Made by a program: the position numbers and the translations under genes. From positions 576,305 to 640,304 of the forward strand of contig CAZQWQ010000072.1 in NCBI GenBank assembly GCA_964596925.1: 64,000 nt of DNA. The letters are read 5' to 3'. Within the stretch, counting starts at the first letter, position 1. Each line of letters starts with the position of its first letter. This stretch comes from an uncultured Gemmatimonadaceae bacterium. Lineage in GTDB: Bacteria; Gemmatimonadota; Gemmatimonadetes; Gemmatimonadales; GWC2-71-9. Shown here piece by piece: positions 27,684 to 36,437 of this stretch. The notes under the pieces were generated by a model. It searched no databases and had not been told where the DNA came from. It saw only the letters and a list, made by a program, of their open reading frames with translations.

Positions 27684-28944
27684 GCTGGGCCTCGCGCTAT
27701 TGCTTGCCCTCGCGCTCACGGTGGCGCTGCTCGCGGGCCGGCGCCACCAGCGCACAGCCGAGGCGGAGGAGCCGGTTTCGACGTACTACAGCGGTCCGAC
27801 GGGCGGTCGCGGTCCCTACGACGTGCTGGCCCGCCTCGGCGTGCCGGTGGAGCGGCGTCGCACGACCCTGTTCGACCTGGGGCGGCAAGTTCGACGACAG
27901 CCCGCCGTACTGGTGGTCGTTGCTCCGTCGCGCTGGTTGGCCCCAGCCGAGCGCGAGGCCGTGGCCCAGTACATCGCTGGGGGAGGCGCCCTCGTGGCCG
28001 TGGGCGATGCAGGCGGAATGACCCAATGCCTGGGGTGGGACACGGCCACGCCGGACTCGGCCGATCTCGCTCGGCAGGACAGCGTGGCCGTGACGGCACC
28101 GGCGGGACTCGCCCGGCTGCCAGGGGTCAGCTGGGTACTGCAGTCCATTGAGCAGGACACCCTGGAAGGGGTCACCAAGCGCGCCGCGGAGCTGCGCAAG
28201 CTGGGGCGTGCCGGCGGCCTGATACGCGAGGACGGCGAGTGCGAATCAACGGTCCACGTGGCGACCGATACGCTGCTCGCGACGGTGCAGGGTGAGCCGG
28301 TGGTGGTCCGGTTGCGATACCGGGGCGGCGGTCGCGCGTTGTTGGTTTCCGAGGACGACTATTTCCGCAACCGCGCCTGGCGGGACACCGATGTACCCGG
28401 GCTGCTGGTGCCACTCATCGTGCCGGAGACGCGCGGCCGGGTGAGCTGGGACGAGTATCACCATGGCCATGGCGCGGAGGGTTCGCTCACGCGTGCGGCG
28501 CTGGCGTGGATGGCGCGCTCGCCCGTCGGGTGGGTGCTATGGCAGCTCGTGGCGGTCGCGCTCGTCTGGCTCGTGGTGACGGCGGTACGCTTCGGCCCGC
28601 CGCGACCGGTGATCGACCGCCGGCGCCGCTCGCCGCTCGAGCATCTCGAAGCCCTGGCCGCGGGACTCGAAGGCGCAGCGGGGGTGGAGACCGCCGTCGC
28701 GCTCACGGTGTCCGGCCTGCGGCGCCGCCTGTCGCGCACCGGCCAGCTGCCGCGTGGCGACGCCCGGCAATGGCTTGGCGCGCTCGAGCTGGCCCTACCC
28801 GGCGCGCGCGGCCGTCGCGCCGCGCGCCGCTTGCAGGATATGCTGACCAAACCCGGCGGGTCCGAGCGCGTGCTCGGGGTCGCCCAAGCCGTGGAGGACG
28901 TGTGGGAGGAATTGCGTCCGCGGGCGAAGCCCGCCGCATCGTAG
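27667..28944 (+). CDS. DUF4350-like protein
   Basis: The internal ATG (residue 43 of the track ORF) gives the signal/TM 'MSHRTELGLALLLALALTVALLAG'. 'YYSGPTGGRGPYDVLARLGVPVE' and a C-terminal TM are present. It overlaps the DUF4129 stop by 17 nt. Confidence 0.7.
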   Translation: MSHRTELGLALLLALALTVALLAGRRHQRTAEAEEPVSTYYSGPTGGRGPYDVLARLGVPVERRRTTLFDLGRQVRRQPAVLVVVAPSRWLAPAEREAVAQYIAGGGALVAVGDAGGMTQCLGWDTATPDSADLARQDSVAVTAPAGLARLPGVSWVLQSIEQDTLEGVTKRAAELRKLGRAGGLIREDGECESTVHVATDTLLATVQGEPVVVRLRYRGGGRALLVSEDDYFRNRAWRDTDVPGLLVPLIVPETRGRVSWDEYHHGHGAEGSLTRAALAWMARSPVGWVLWQLVAVALVWLVVTAVRFGPPRPVIDRRRRSPLEHLEALAAGLEGAAGVETAVALTVSGLRRRLSRTGQLPRGDARQWLGALELALPGARGRRAARRLQDMLTKPGGSERVLGVAQAVEDVWEELRPRAKPAAS

Positions 28945-29858
28945 ACGCCCTGAACCGGGTGGTGCTTGGCCAGGAGGCCGCGACTCGGGAGGTGCTCGTC
29001 GCCCTGCTGGCCCGCGGCCACGTCCTGCTCGAGGGCGTGCCGGGGACCGCCAAGACCCTGCTCGTCCGCACACTGGCGCTGGCGCTCGACGTCCGGTTCC
29101 AGCGCATCCAGTTCACCCCCGACCTCATGCCCGCGGACATCACCGGCGTCTCGATGCTCGCTGCGTCGCACGACTTCACCTTCCGGCCCGGGCCGATCTT
29201 CGCGGACCTGGTGCTGGCAGACGAGATCAACCGGGCCCCCGCCAAGACGCAAGCCGCGCTGCTCGAGGCGATGCAGGAGCGCACGGTCACGGTGGACGGC
29301 GTGAGTCATCCCCTGTCCGACGTGTTCACGGTCTTCGCGACCCAGAACCCGATCGAGTTCGAGGGCACCTACCCCCTGCCCGAGGCGGAGCTGGACCGCT
29401 TCATGATGAAGGTGCTGTTCGGCTACCCCGCCGCCGCACTGGAGCAAGGGATCCTGACTCGGTACGTCGAGGGCTTCGAAGCGGACCGGCCGGCCACCTA
29501 CGGGGTGTCCAAGGTGACGGACGGAGCGGGACTCTCTGCCCTCCGGGGGGCGGTGGAGGGCGTGCGAGTCGAGACGCAGATCACCGCCTACATCACGGCC
29601 ATCGTGCGCGCCACGCGCGATGCCGCCTCCCTCACCCTCGGCGCCAGCCCGCGGGCCGGCGTGTCGCTGCTCAAGGCGGCGCGGGCCTCGGCGCTACTCG
29701 ATGGACGCGACTACGTCATTCCCGATGATGTCAAAGCCCTCGCCCCGGCGGTGCTGCGCCACCGCGTGAACGTCGCCCCCGAGCTCGAGCTCGAAGGCGT
29801 CAGCGCCGACGTGGCCTTGAAGGCGATCCTCGACAAGACCGAGGTGCCCACCGCGTGA
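28902..29858 (+). CDS. MoxR-family AAA+ ATPase
   Basis: GTG at residue 133 of the track ORF. 'VVLGQEAATREVLVALLARGHVLLEGVPGTAKT' (Walker A), 'LADEINRAPAKTQAALLEAMQE' (Walker B/sensor) and 'FTVFATQNPIEFEGTYPLPEAELDRF' are present. Confidence 0.9.
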   Translation: MGGIASAGEARRIVDALNRVVLGQEAATREVLVALLARGHVLLEGVPGTAKTLLVRTLALALDVRFQRIQFTPDLMPADITGVSMLAASHDFTFRPGPIFADLVLADEINRAPAKTQAALLEAMQERTVTVDGVSHPLSDVFTVFATQNPIEFEGTYPLPEAELDRFMMKVLFGYPAAALEQGILTRYVEGFEADRPATYGVSKVTDGAGLSALRGAVEGVRVETQITAYITAIVRATRDAASLTLGASPRAGVSLLKAARASALLDGRDYVIPDDVKALAPAVLRHRVNVAPELELEGVSADVALKAILDKTEVPTA

Positions 29859-31177
29859 TCCTCCCGACGCGGCGCTTCCTGTGGATCGCGGCCGCGCTGG
29901 CGGGTCTCGGCCTCCTCGGCGTCTGGGTCGAGTGGGCGCTCGACGTGATGCTGCTGGCGGATGCGGGGCTCCTGGCCCTGGTCCTGGCGGACGCGGTGCG
30001 CGCACCGGCGGTCGGCGCCGCCGCCGCGGTGCAGCCGGAGCGCGACGCGCCGCCCGCGTTTTCGATGGGCCACGCCGTCGAGGTCACCTACATCTGGCGA
30101 AACTCGTCGCGCCACGCGGCGCGCCTGCGGGTGCGGGAGGTGCGCCCCGAGCTATTGGGTGGTCTCCAGCGTCCTCGCGCGCTCGTCGTACCCCCGGGCG
30201 GCGAATGGCGCGAGCGGCTGGCCGTGGGACCGGTGCGGCGCGGCTACGAAACCGGCGGTGCGCTGACGGTGGACACCATCGGGCCGCTCGGGTTGGGGTT
30301 GCGCCGGTCGACGCATGCCTTGCCGTGGGAGGTGCGCGTGTATCCCGCACTCACCACGCTGCGGCGTCGCGCCGCGGTGGCCCAGGCGCTGCGACGCCGC
30401 GAACAGGGACGCCAACCGCTGCGCCGACTCGGCGAGGGACGGCTGTTCGAGTCGCTGCGCGACTTCGTGCCAGGCGACGATCCGCGCCACATCGATTGGA
30501 AGGCGACGGCGCGGCGCCGCAAGGTGATCACGCGGCAGTTCGAGGCCGAACGGCGCCAGCACGTGTTGCTGGTTCTCGATGCCGGGCGCCTGCTCACCGC
30601 CGACGTCGCGGGCACGGCGCGGATGGACTACGTGGTGCAGGCGGCGCTGGAGCTCGCCTACGCGGCCGCACAGCACGATGACAACGTCGGCGTGATGGTG
30701 TTTGCCGACGGCGTGCGGCATTTCGTGGCGCCGCAGCGCGGGCGTCGCGGTCTGAAGCAGGTGCTCGACGTGCTGTCGGAGGTGACCCCGACCCTCGTCG
30801 AGCCCGATTACCCCGGTGCGTTTCGCTATCTCGCGGCGCGCAACCGCAAGCGCGCGCTCACGGTGGTGTTCACCGATGTGATTGACCGGTTTGCGTCGGA
30901 GGCGCTGGTCGCGAACCTCGTCACGCTACGGCCGCGGCACCTCCCGCTCGCCGTGACGCTGCGCAACCCGGAGCTCGACGCGATCGCTACGCAGCGGCCC
31001 GCCGAGGTGCGGGACGCGTGGCGCAAAGCGGCGGCGGAAGAGCTGCTGCGGGCGCGCGAGGAGGCGCTGTCGCACATGCGCCGCGCGGGCGTGCTGGTGC
31101 TGGACGTGCCGCCGGCCCGTGCGGCCGAGGCCGTCGTGGATACGTACGTGGAACTCAAACGGCGTGGGCGATTGTGA
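29855..31177 (+). CDS. DUF58 protein (vWA-like partner of MoxR)
   Basis: GTGA overlap with the MoxR stop. Two N-terminal TM helices. 'LRDFVPGDDPRHIDWKATARRRKVITRQFE' is the DUF58 signature. A vWA-like 'VLLVLDAGRLL' is present. Confidence 0.85.
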   Translation: MILPTRRFLWIAAALAGLGLLGVWVEWALDVMLLADAGLLALVLADAVRAPAVGAAAAVQPERDAPPAFSMGHAVEVTYIWRNSSRHAARLRVREVRPELLGGLQRPRALVVPPGGEWRERLAVGPVRRGYETGGALTVDTIGPLGLGLRRSTHALPWEVRVYPALTTLRRRAAVAQALRRREQGRQPLRRLGEGRLFESLRDFVPGDDPRHIDWKATARRRKVITRQFEAERRQHVLLVLDAGRLLTADVAGTARMDYVVQAALELAYAAAQHDDNVGVMVFADGVRHFVAPQRGRRGLKQVLDVLSEVTPTLVEPDYPGAFRYLAARNRKRALTVVFTDVIDRFASEALVANLVTLRPRHLPLAVTLRNPELDAIATQRPAEVRDAWRKAAAEELLRAREEALSHMRRAGVLVLDVPPARAAEAVVDTYVELKRRGRL

Positions 31178-31241
31178 TCTAAGCTGGCGAGGAAACCCGT
31201 TGGCTTCTATGTTGCTAGACCACCTGCTGACGGGAATGGTC

Positions 31242-32996
31242 ATGCGTTTCTACGCCCGATGGATCACCGCCGGCGCCGTTCTGGCGGCGGCCGTCGTCGC
31301 CTGTTCCGTGCCCACCGACAAGACCCAGGACATCCAGGTCGTCGTCCGGCTCTCGGATTCTCTGCAATCGCGAGGGATCCTGGGGCAGGGACTGCGCGAC
31401 TCGGTGCATGCGTTTGCCTTCCGGCTCGGCGCGTCAGGGGAAACACTCGCGGTGACCAACAGCGGGTTTCAGTGGACGTCGAGCGATCCGACGATCGCGA
31501 CCGTGGAGGGCCTGCCGACCGGTTGGGCGATCGTGACCGGGCTGGCGCCGGGGTCGGTCGCCTTTACAGCGCGACCGATCGCCTACGAGGACGCGCCGAG
31601 TGGTGCGCTGAGCGTCCGGGTGGCGACCCGGTTCGTGATCGACAGCGTACGACCCAGTCTCGTCCACTACGGCGACAAGGTGACGGTGTATGGCGTCGGG
31701 GTGAACCAGCTGTTCTCCCTCACGCTGGGCGCTGACCTGTTCCCCGATTTCTTCTCGTTCCAGGGCAACCCGGACGGTCTCAGCTCGGAGCAGTGGTGGG
31801 TGCCCTATCCGACGTCGAGCGGGTTGCCGTTCTTCATCGGCCCCGGTGTATTTGGCTTCGACACTGTCCCGGTCGCAGTGGTGGACAGCGATCTGTTCGA
31901 GCCCGACTCGGCCGCGCCGGCGCCGGTGATCGCCACCGGGGCAGGGGGGCCGCGCACGTTCGCCGGTCTCCCGGCGCTGTATTTCAACCCGGCGCTGTAT
32001 TTCGAGCCGGTGGATTTCACCCTGCCGCGCATCAACCTGCCGGTTGACTGGCTCCGCTTCGCCATCTCGGACTCGACGCAGCCGATTTCGTTCGTGGTGA
32101 CGTCCACCGTCTTCAGTGATACCGTCGCGGCGTTCACCTATATCGGGGACTCCGTCGAATACAACACGTGCCCCGGCCTCTACTGCGTCGGCCCGACGTC
32201 GAAGATCATCTTTCCGGGCACGCAGTGGATCTGCAACGGGAATTTCTTCGGCTCGAACGGCATTCGGCTGCCGCAGGTAACGGTGGCCTTCAAGAACTCG
32301 ATCTCCTTGAATCCGCAATTCATTTCGTTCTACTCGACTCCGGGCCGCTACGAGGTGGCCGTCGTGCGCGGGTACCTATCCCGCCTGCCACCCGATCGCT
32401 TTGAGGAGAACGACTTGTGGTGCGTCGATGTGGACAGCGCCTTCACTCAGTCGCCGGATTCCAACCCGAACTCACGCACCGCGAAACACATCGTGATCGG
32501 CCGCTCGGCGTTCGGCCAGAACGGCTTCTGGTTCGACTCGACGTTGACCATCGACAACCCAGGGGACGCGGACTTCATCCGCTTCCGTGTGCAACCGCCG
32601 GCGTTCGTGGGCGATACGTTCGTCACGATCCAAATCAAGGCGCGCCCGTTCGGGGTAATCGATCCGTCCGACATCGATCTCTACGTGATGCGGGTGAGCG
32701 ATTTCGCGTTCATGACCGCTTCGGTGAATGTGGGCTCGGACGATTCCGTGACGCTGAACCTGCCGCCGGATGACTATTATCTCGCCGTCGTGGATTTTGC
32801 GCAGCAACAGACCCGGTATGCGGTCTGCATCGTCAAGGGCTTCGGGTGTATCCCCCCCGGCGCGCCGCCGCGCCTGACGCGCGCTCCAGCGGTGAACCGG
32901 CTCCCACGCCGGGACCCCCACCGGGATCCACGCGTGCCGCCTGCGAACCTGCCGTTCCATATGCCGTTGGGGAGGGCTCCATCGCCGCCCCGGTGA
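31242..32996 (+). CDS. lipoprotein with a Big_2 Ig-like domain and a pre-peptidase C-terminal (PPC)-like domain
   Basis: 'MRFYARWITAGAVLAAAVVAC' is a lipobox. 'FQWTSSDPTIATVEGLPTGWAIVTGLAPGSVAFTARP' is Big_2. 'GDADFIRFRV...DIDLYVM...DDYYLAVVDF' is PPC-like. Alternative ATG starts are at 31209 and 31236. Confidence 0.7.
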   Translation: MRFYARWITAGAVLAAAVVACSVPTDKTQDIQVVVRLSDSLQSRGILGQGLRDSVHAFAFRLGASGETLAVTNSGFQWTSSDPTIATVEGLPTGWAIVTGLAPGSVAFTARPIAYEDAPSGALSVRVATRFVIDSVRPSLVHYGDKVTVYGVGVNQLFSLTLGADLFPDFFSFQGNPDGLSSEQWWVPYPTSSGLPFFIGPGVFGFDTVPVAVVDSDLFEPDSAAPAPVIATGAGGPRTFAGLPALYFNPALYFEPVDFTLPRINLPVDWLRFAISDSTQPISFVVTSTVFSDTVAAFTYIGDSVEYNTCPGLYCVGPTSKIIFPGTQWICNGNFFGSNGIRLPQVTVAFKNSISLNPQFISFYSTPGRYEVAVVRGYLSRLPPDRFEENDLWCVDVDSAFTQSPDSNPNSRTAKHIVIGRSAFGQNGFWFDSTLTIDNPGDADFIRFRVQPPAFVGDTFVTIQIKARPFGVIDPSDIDLYVMRVSDFAFMTASVNVGSDDSVTLNLPPDDYYLAVVDFAQQQTRYAVCIVKGFGCIPPGAPPRLTRAPAVNRLPRRDPHRDPRVPPANLPFHMPLGRAPSPPR

Positions 32997-34696
32997 CGCA
33001 GTGCGTCAAATGTCAGGCATCGTTGCCCGATAACAGCCGGTTCTGCTTCGCCTGCGGAGCCGACCAGACGGGTGGCGGGGGCGAGGCCGGCTCCGCGAGC
33101 GTGATCGAGAACCTCCAGAACCGGCTGCAGCGCCTCGTGCAAGGCAAGTACCAGATCAAGCGGCTGCTCGGCAAGGGCGGCATGGGCGCGGTGTTCCTGG
33201 CCGACGACCTCACGCTCGATCGGGAGGTGGCGATCAAGGTCCTGCCGCCCGACTTCTCGAGCGACCCCCAGGTGATCAAACGGTTTCAGCAGGAAGCGAA
33301 GACGGCGGCCAAGCTCGACCACGTGAATATCATCCCGATCTACCGGGTCGAGAGCGATGAAGGCCTCAACTACTTCGTCATGAAGTTCATCTCCGGCACG
33401 TCGCTCGAGGACTTACTGGATTCGAAACAGGAAATCTCCTACGACTACGCCCAGCGGATCCTGTGGGAGGCCGCCTGCGCGCTGGGTCACGCGCATTCGC
33501 GCGGGGTGGTGCATCGCGACGTGAAGCCGGCCAACATCATGTTCGACCACGACGGCAAGGTGATGCTCACCGACTTCGGCATCGGCAAGCTGCTCCAGTC
33601 GGCGACCGGGCTCACCGGCACGGGGATGATTATCGGTACGCCGCACTACATGGCTCCGGAGCAGGCCAAAGGCCAGCCGGTGGACGGACGCGCCGACCAG
33701 TATTCCCTGGGCGTCGTGGGCTATCGCCTGCTCTCGGGCTCGCTGCCGTTCAGCGGCGACTCGGTGCACACCATCCTCTACAAACACATCTTCGAGGAGG
33801 CCCCGCGGCTCTCGGGGCTACGGCAGAACGCGCCCAAATTCCTGACCGATCCGATCCAGCGCGCGTTGTCCAAGGAGCCTGCGCAGCGCTTCCCTACCAT
33901 GGAAGACTTCGCGTCGGCGCTCTGGCCGGAGCAACCGGTGTCGGCCACGGGGAAGGCGACGCCGAAACCCGCCCGCCAGGCTCCCGGCGCGCGCGGCCCG
34001 GTCACCGCCGACACACCGACCGAGCACGTCCGCGACGCCTCCGGCGCCTCCGCGCCTACCACGCCGTTGCCGTCGGCGGTGCGGCCACGCACCGCTCCGC
34101 ACCACGAGACGCGTCCCGCGAAGAAGTCCTCGTCCAAGGTGGGAGTGTTCGCCCTGGTCGCCGTCGCGGCCGTCGGTGCGGGGGGGTACGTCGTCATGCG
34201 TGGCGGTGGTGGCGGAGGGTCGCCGCAGAACGCCGCCGCGATCGAACCATCGCCGGTGCCCGCGCCGCCCGCCGGCCAGCAGAGCGTGGCCGTCACGCCG
34301 GAATCGACCGCGACGCCGCCTGCCGTGACGCCGTCCGTCACGCCAACTCCAGCGCCGATCGAACCCGCGGCTCCGCCCCGACAGACGACCCGGCCACCAC
34401 AGCAGCGGCCGACGCCCTCGCGGCCGCGGCAGCAACAGCCGGTGGAACAACCACCGCCCGTGCAGCAGCCGGCGGTGGAGGAATGGGGATACCTGTCGAT
34501 CAACGCCAACCCGTTCGGTACCGTCTTCATCGACGGCGTGAATGTGGGCGACACCCCAATCGACCGGCACCGCGTGAGGCCCGGCCCGCACACGATTCGC
34601 ATCGAGAACCCAGGCTACAAGACGCTCACCGAACGCGTGCAGATCGATCCCGGCAACACGATCCGTAAGACCTACCCACTGGTTCCGGAGGGATGA
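32993..34696 (+). CDS. Hanks-type Ser/Thr protein kinase with an N-terminal zinc ribbon, one TM helix and a C-terminal PEGA domain
   Basis: GTG in a GTGA overlap with the upstream stop. 'CVKC...FCFACG' is a zinc ribbon. Kinase motifs 'GKGGMGAV', 'VAIKVL', 'HRDVKPANIM', 'DFGI' and 'GTPHYMAPE' are present. TM 'VGVFALVAVAAVGAGGYVVM'. The PEGA region is 'GYLSINANPFGTVFIDGVNVGDTP...HTIRIENPGYKT'. Confidence 0.85.
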   Translation: MTQCVKCQASLPDNSRFCFACGADQTGGGGEAGSASVIENLQNRLQRLVQGKYQIKRLLGKGGMGAVFLADDLTLDREVAIKVLPPDFSSDPQVIKRFQQEAKTAAKLDHVNIIPIYRVESDEGLNYFVMKFISGTSLEDLLDSKQEISYDYAQRILWEAACALGHAHSRGVVHRDVKPANIMFDHDGKVMLTDFGIGKLLQSATGLTGTGMIIGTPHYMAPEQAKGQPVDGRADQYSLGVVGYRLLSGSLPFSGDSVHTILYKHIFEEAPRLSGLRQNAPKFLTDPIQRALSKEPAQRFPTMEDFASALWPEQPVSATGKATPKPARQAPGARGPVTADTPTEHVRDASGASAPTTPLPSAVRPRTAPHHETRPAKKSSSKVGVFALVAVAAVGAGGYVVMRGGGGGGSPQNAAAIEPSPVPAPPAGQQSVAVTPESTATPPAVTPSVTPTPAPIEPAAPPRQTTRPPQQRPTPSRPRQQQPVEQPPPVQQPAVEEWGYLSINANPFGTVFIDGVNVGDTPIDRHRVRPGPHTIRIENPGYKTLTERVQIDPGNTIRKTYPLVPEG

Positions 34697-35745
34697 GGCC
34701 GATGCGCCGCATACAATTCGCGCTGGTCGCGCTGGTCGTGTCGTTCGGGCCCGTGGCGCTCTCCGCGCAGCAGGCCGTCCAGAGCGCCATGCTGCAGCGG
34801 GCGATTCGAGCGTACGAGGTGCCGGATTTCCAACAGGTGATCATCCTGGCGCGGACGGCGCTCCGAGAGCGACTGTCCGCCGCCGAGCGTGCGCGGGCCT
34901 ACGAGCTGCTGGGGTTCGCGTTCAGCGCGACCAGCCAGCCCGATTCCGCGATTTCGGCCTTCCGCGATGCGATTCAGCTCGACCCCGACCGCCAGCTCGA
35001 TCCGCGTCGTACGTCGCCCCGCATCGCCGGGTACTTCAACGCGGCGCTCGGTCAGGTGCTGGTCGTACGGCAGCTCAAGGTGGACACCACGCGATTCGTC
35101 ACCGGCACCCAGGGCGGCGGGGTCCCGATCCGTTTCACCGTCACCGTTCCAGCGCGCGTACGCACCCGGGCGGTAAGCGGCCAACACACCCTGCTGATCG
35201 ACTCGAGCATCGTGGCCGGGACGCTCAACCTCCGCTGGACTGGCCTCCTCGCGAACGGGGATCCGGTCCCGCCCGGAAGGTGGACGATCCTCGTCGAGGC
35301 CACTGGGGCCGGGCAGAATACCCACTCGGCCTCGCAAGAGGTGCAGGTCACCGTGGGCGCGGTGGACACCTTGCCGCACTTGAGCGCGCTGCCCGGCTAC
35401 ACCACGCTCCCCGAGACCGAGATCCCACCCCAGAGCGGCCGGCCGCTGGGGATCGCGCTGCTTTACACCGGTATCGCCGGCGCCGGCGCCCTGGCGCTCA
35501 ACAACGGCGACCTTGGCACTGCCACTGGGCGCGAGATAGGCGTCGTCGCGGCCGCCGCGCTGATCACGGGATTCGTCATGACGTTGAAGAAGCCGGCGCC
35601 GCGTCCGGCGTTGGGCAACATCCAGTACAACCGCCTGCTGCAGGAGCAGCTGGCCCGGCGCAACACCGACATCGCGCAACAGAACGCCCAGCTGCGCCGC
35701 CAGGTGCAGATCACCGTCGTGCCGGTTGCCAGGGGGACCCGATGA
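34693..35745 (+). CDS. secreted/membrane protein with an N-terminal TPR-like region, an Ig-like (FlgD-Ig-type) middle and two C-terminal TM helices
   Basis: ATGA overlap with the kinase stop. Signal 'FALVALVVSFGPVALSAQ'. 'AYELLGFAFSATSQPDSAISAFRDAIQLDP' is TPR-like. TM segments are 'LGIALLYTGIAGAGALAL' and 'GVVAAAALITGFVM'. Confidence 0.65.
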   Translation: MRPMRRIQFALVALVVSFGPVALSAQQAVQSAMLQRAIRAYEVPDFQQVIILARTALRERLSAAERARAYELLGFAFSATSQPDSAISAFRDAIQLDPDRQLDPRRTSPRIAGYFNAALGQVLVVRQLKVDTTRFVTGTQGGGVPIRFTVTVPARVRTRAVSGQHTLLIDSSIVAGTLNLRWTGLLANGDPVPPGRWTILVEATGAGQNTHSASQEVQVTVGAVDTLPHLSALPGYTTLPETEIPPQSGRPLGIALLYTGIAGAGALALNNGDLGTATGREIGVVAAAALITGFVMTLKKPAPRPALGNIQYNRLLQEQLARRNTDIAQQNAQLRRQVQITVVPVARGTR

Positions 35746-36374
35746 GACGCACCATCATGCTCAGCGGACTGCTGCTCGTCGGCGGCGTCACCGCCCGCGC
35801 CCAGACGGTGAGCCTGGGCGTCCACGGCGCCCTCGGTGACTACCGCGAGGTGTCGTCGAATCTTCACTACCGTGGCGCAGGCGGAGGGCTGTCGCTGTGG
35901 CTGCGGGTCTACCGGTTCAGCGCGGAAGCCACCGCGACGCGGGTCAGCTACGACCCGCGGGACGACAACAGCGGGCTGACGAGCTTCGAGGCCACGCAGA
36001 TCGACGCCCGCGTCGGGTTCGATGTCGCGGCCGGCTTCACGGCCGAAATCGGTCTGCTGCGCCGCACCATCAGCCCCGAGCTCGCCGCGCAGGAAATGGG
36101 CGCGGCGCGCATCGGCGTGCGCTACTCCAAATTGATCGGCCCCGGCACCACGGTGGCGCTGCGTGGCAATTACCTGGCCGGCGCTGAATTCACCGGCAAG
36201 GGATCGGCGGGGTTGGCGTTCGAGCTCGGACTGCTCGTCTCGACCGGACCGGTCAACGGCCGGTACCGTTTGACGGGGGACTACGGCTTCCAACGGATCG
36301 ACCGCAAAGTCGGCGGCCAGCCAGTGCCGATCCAGCAATCGCTGGTGCGGGTGGGGGTGGCGGTGGGGTTCTAA
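35742..36374 (+). CDS. small outer-membrane beta-barrel protein
   Basis: ATGA overlap with the upstream stop. Signal 'MRRTIMLSGLLLVGGVTARAQ'. Alternating beta-strand pattern with a terminal '...VGVAVGF'. Confidence 0.7.
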   Translation: MRRTIMLSGLLLVGGVTARAQTVSLGVHGALGDYREVSSNLHYRGAGGGLSLWLRVYRFSAEATATRVSYDPRDDNSGLTSFEATQIDARVGFDVAAGFTAEIGLLRRTISPELAAQEMGAARIGVRYSKLIGPGTTVALRGNYLAGAEFTGKGSAGLAFELGLLVSTGPVNGRYRLTGDYGFQRIDRKVGGQPVPIQQSLVRVGVAVGF

Positions 36375-36382
36375 GAAGCTGT

Positions 36383-36413
36383 CAGCCGTCAACCATCAGA
36401 TAGCTGACGGCTG
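36383..36413 (+). terminator. hairpin downstream of the OM-barrel gene (possible terminator; also a copy of a short repeat)
   Basis: CAGCCGTCA / TGACGGCTG is a 9-bp perfect stem with a 13-nt loop, 9 nt after the stop. The downstream T-tract is weak. Confidence 0.35.
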
Positions 36414-36437
36414 CCTCTGCAGTAGATTTGTCCTTCC

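Noticed and set aside
26097-27755. 552-aa minus-strand ORF
   Set aside because: It is antisense to the polytopic membrane protein and the DUF4129 gene. The product is extremely rich in Arg/His/Gln/Glu/Pro with no hydrophobic core, whereas the plus strand shows clean TM helices.
32846-32992. Upstream start for the Ser/Thr kinase, overlapping the lipoprotein tail by about 150 nt
   Set aside because: Both frames have similar GC3, so this cannot be excluded. However, the GTG at 32993 gives the usual zinc ribbon at the extreme N-terminus and a GTGA overlap like the other junctions of this operon.
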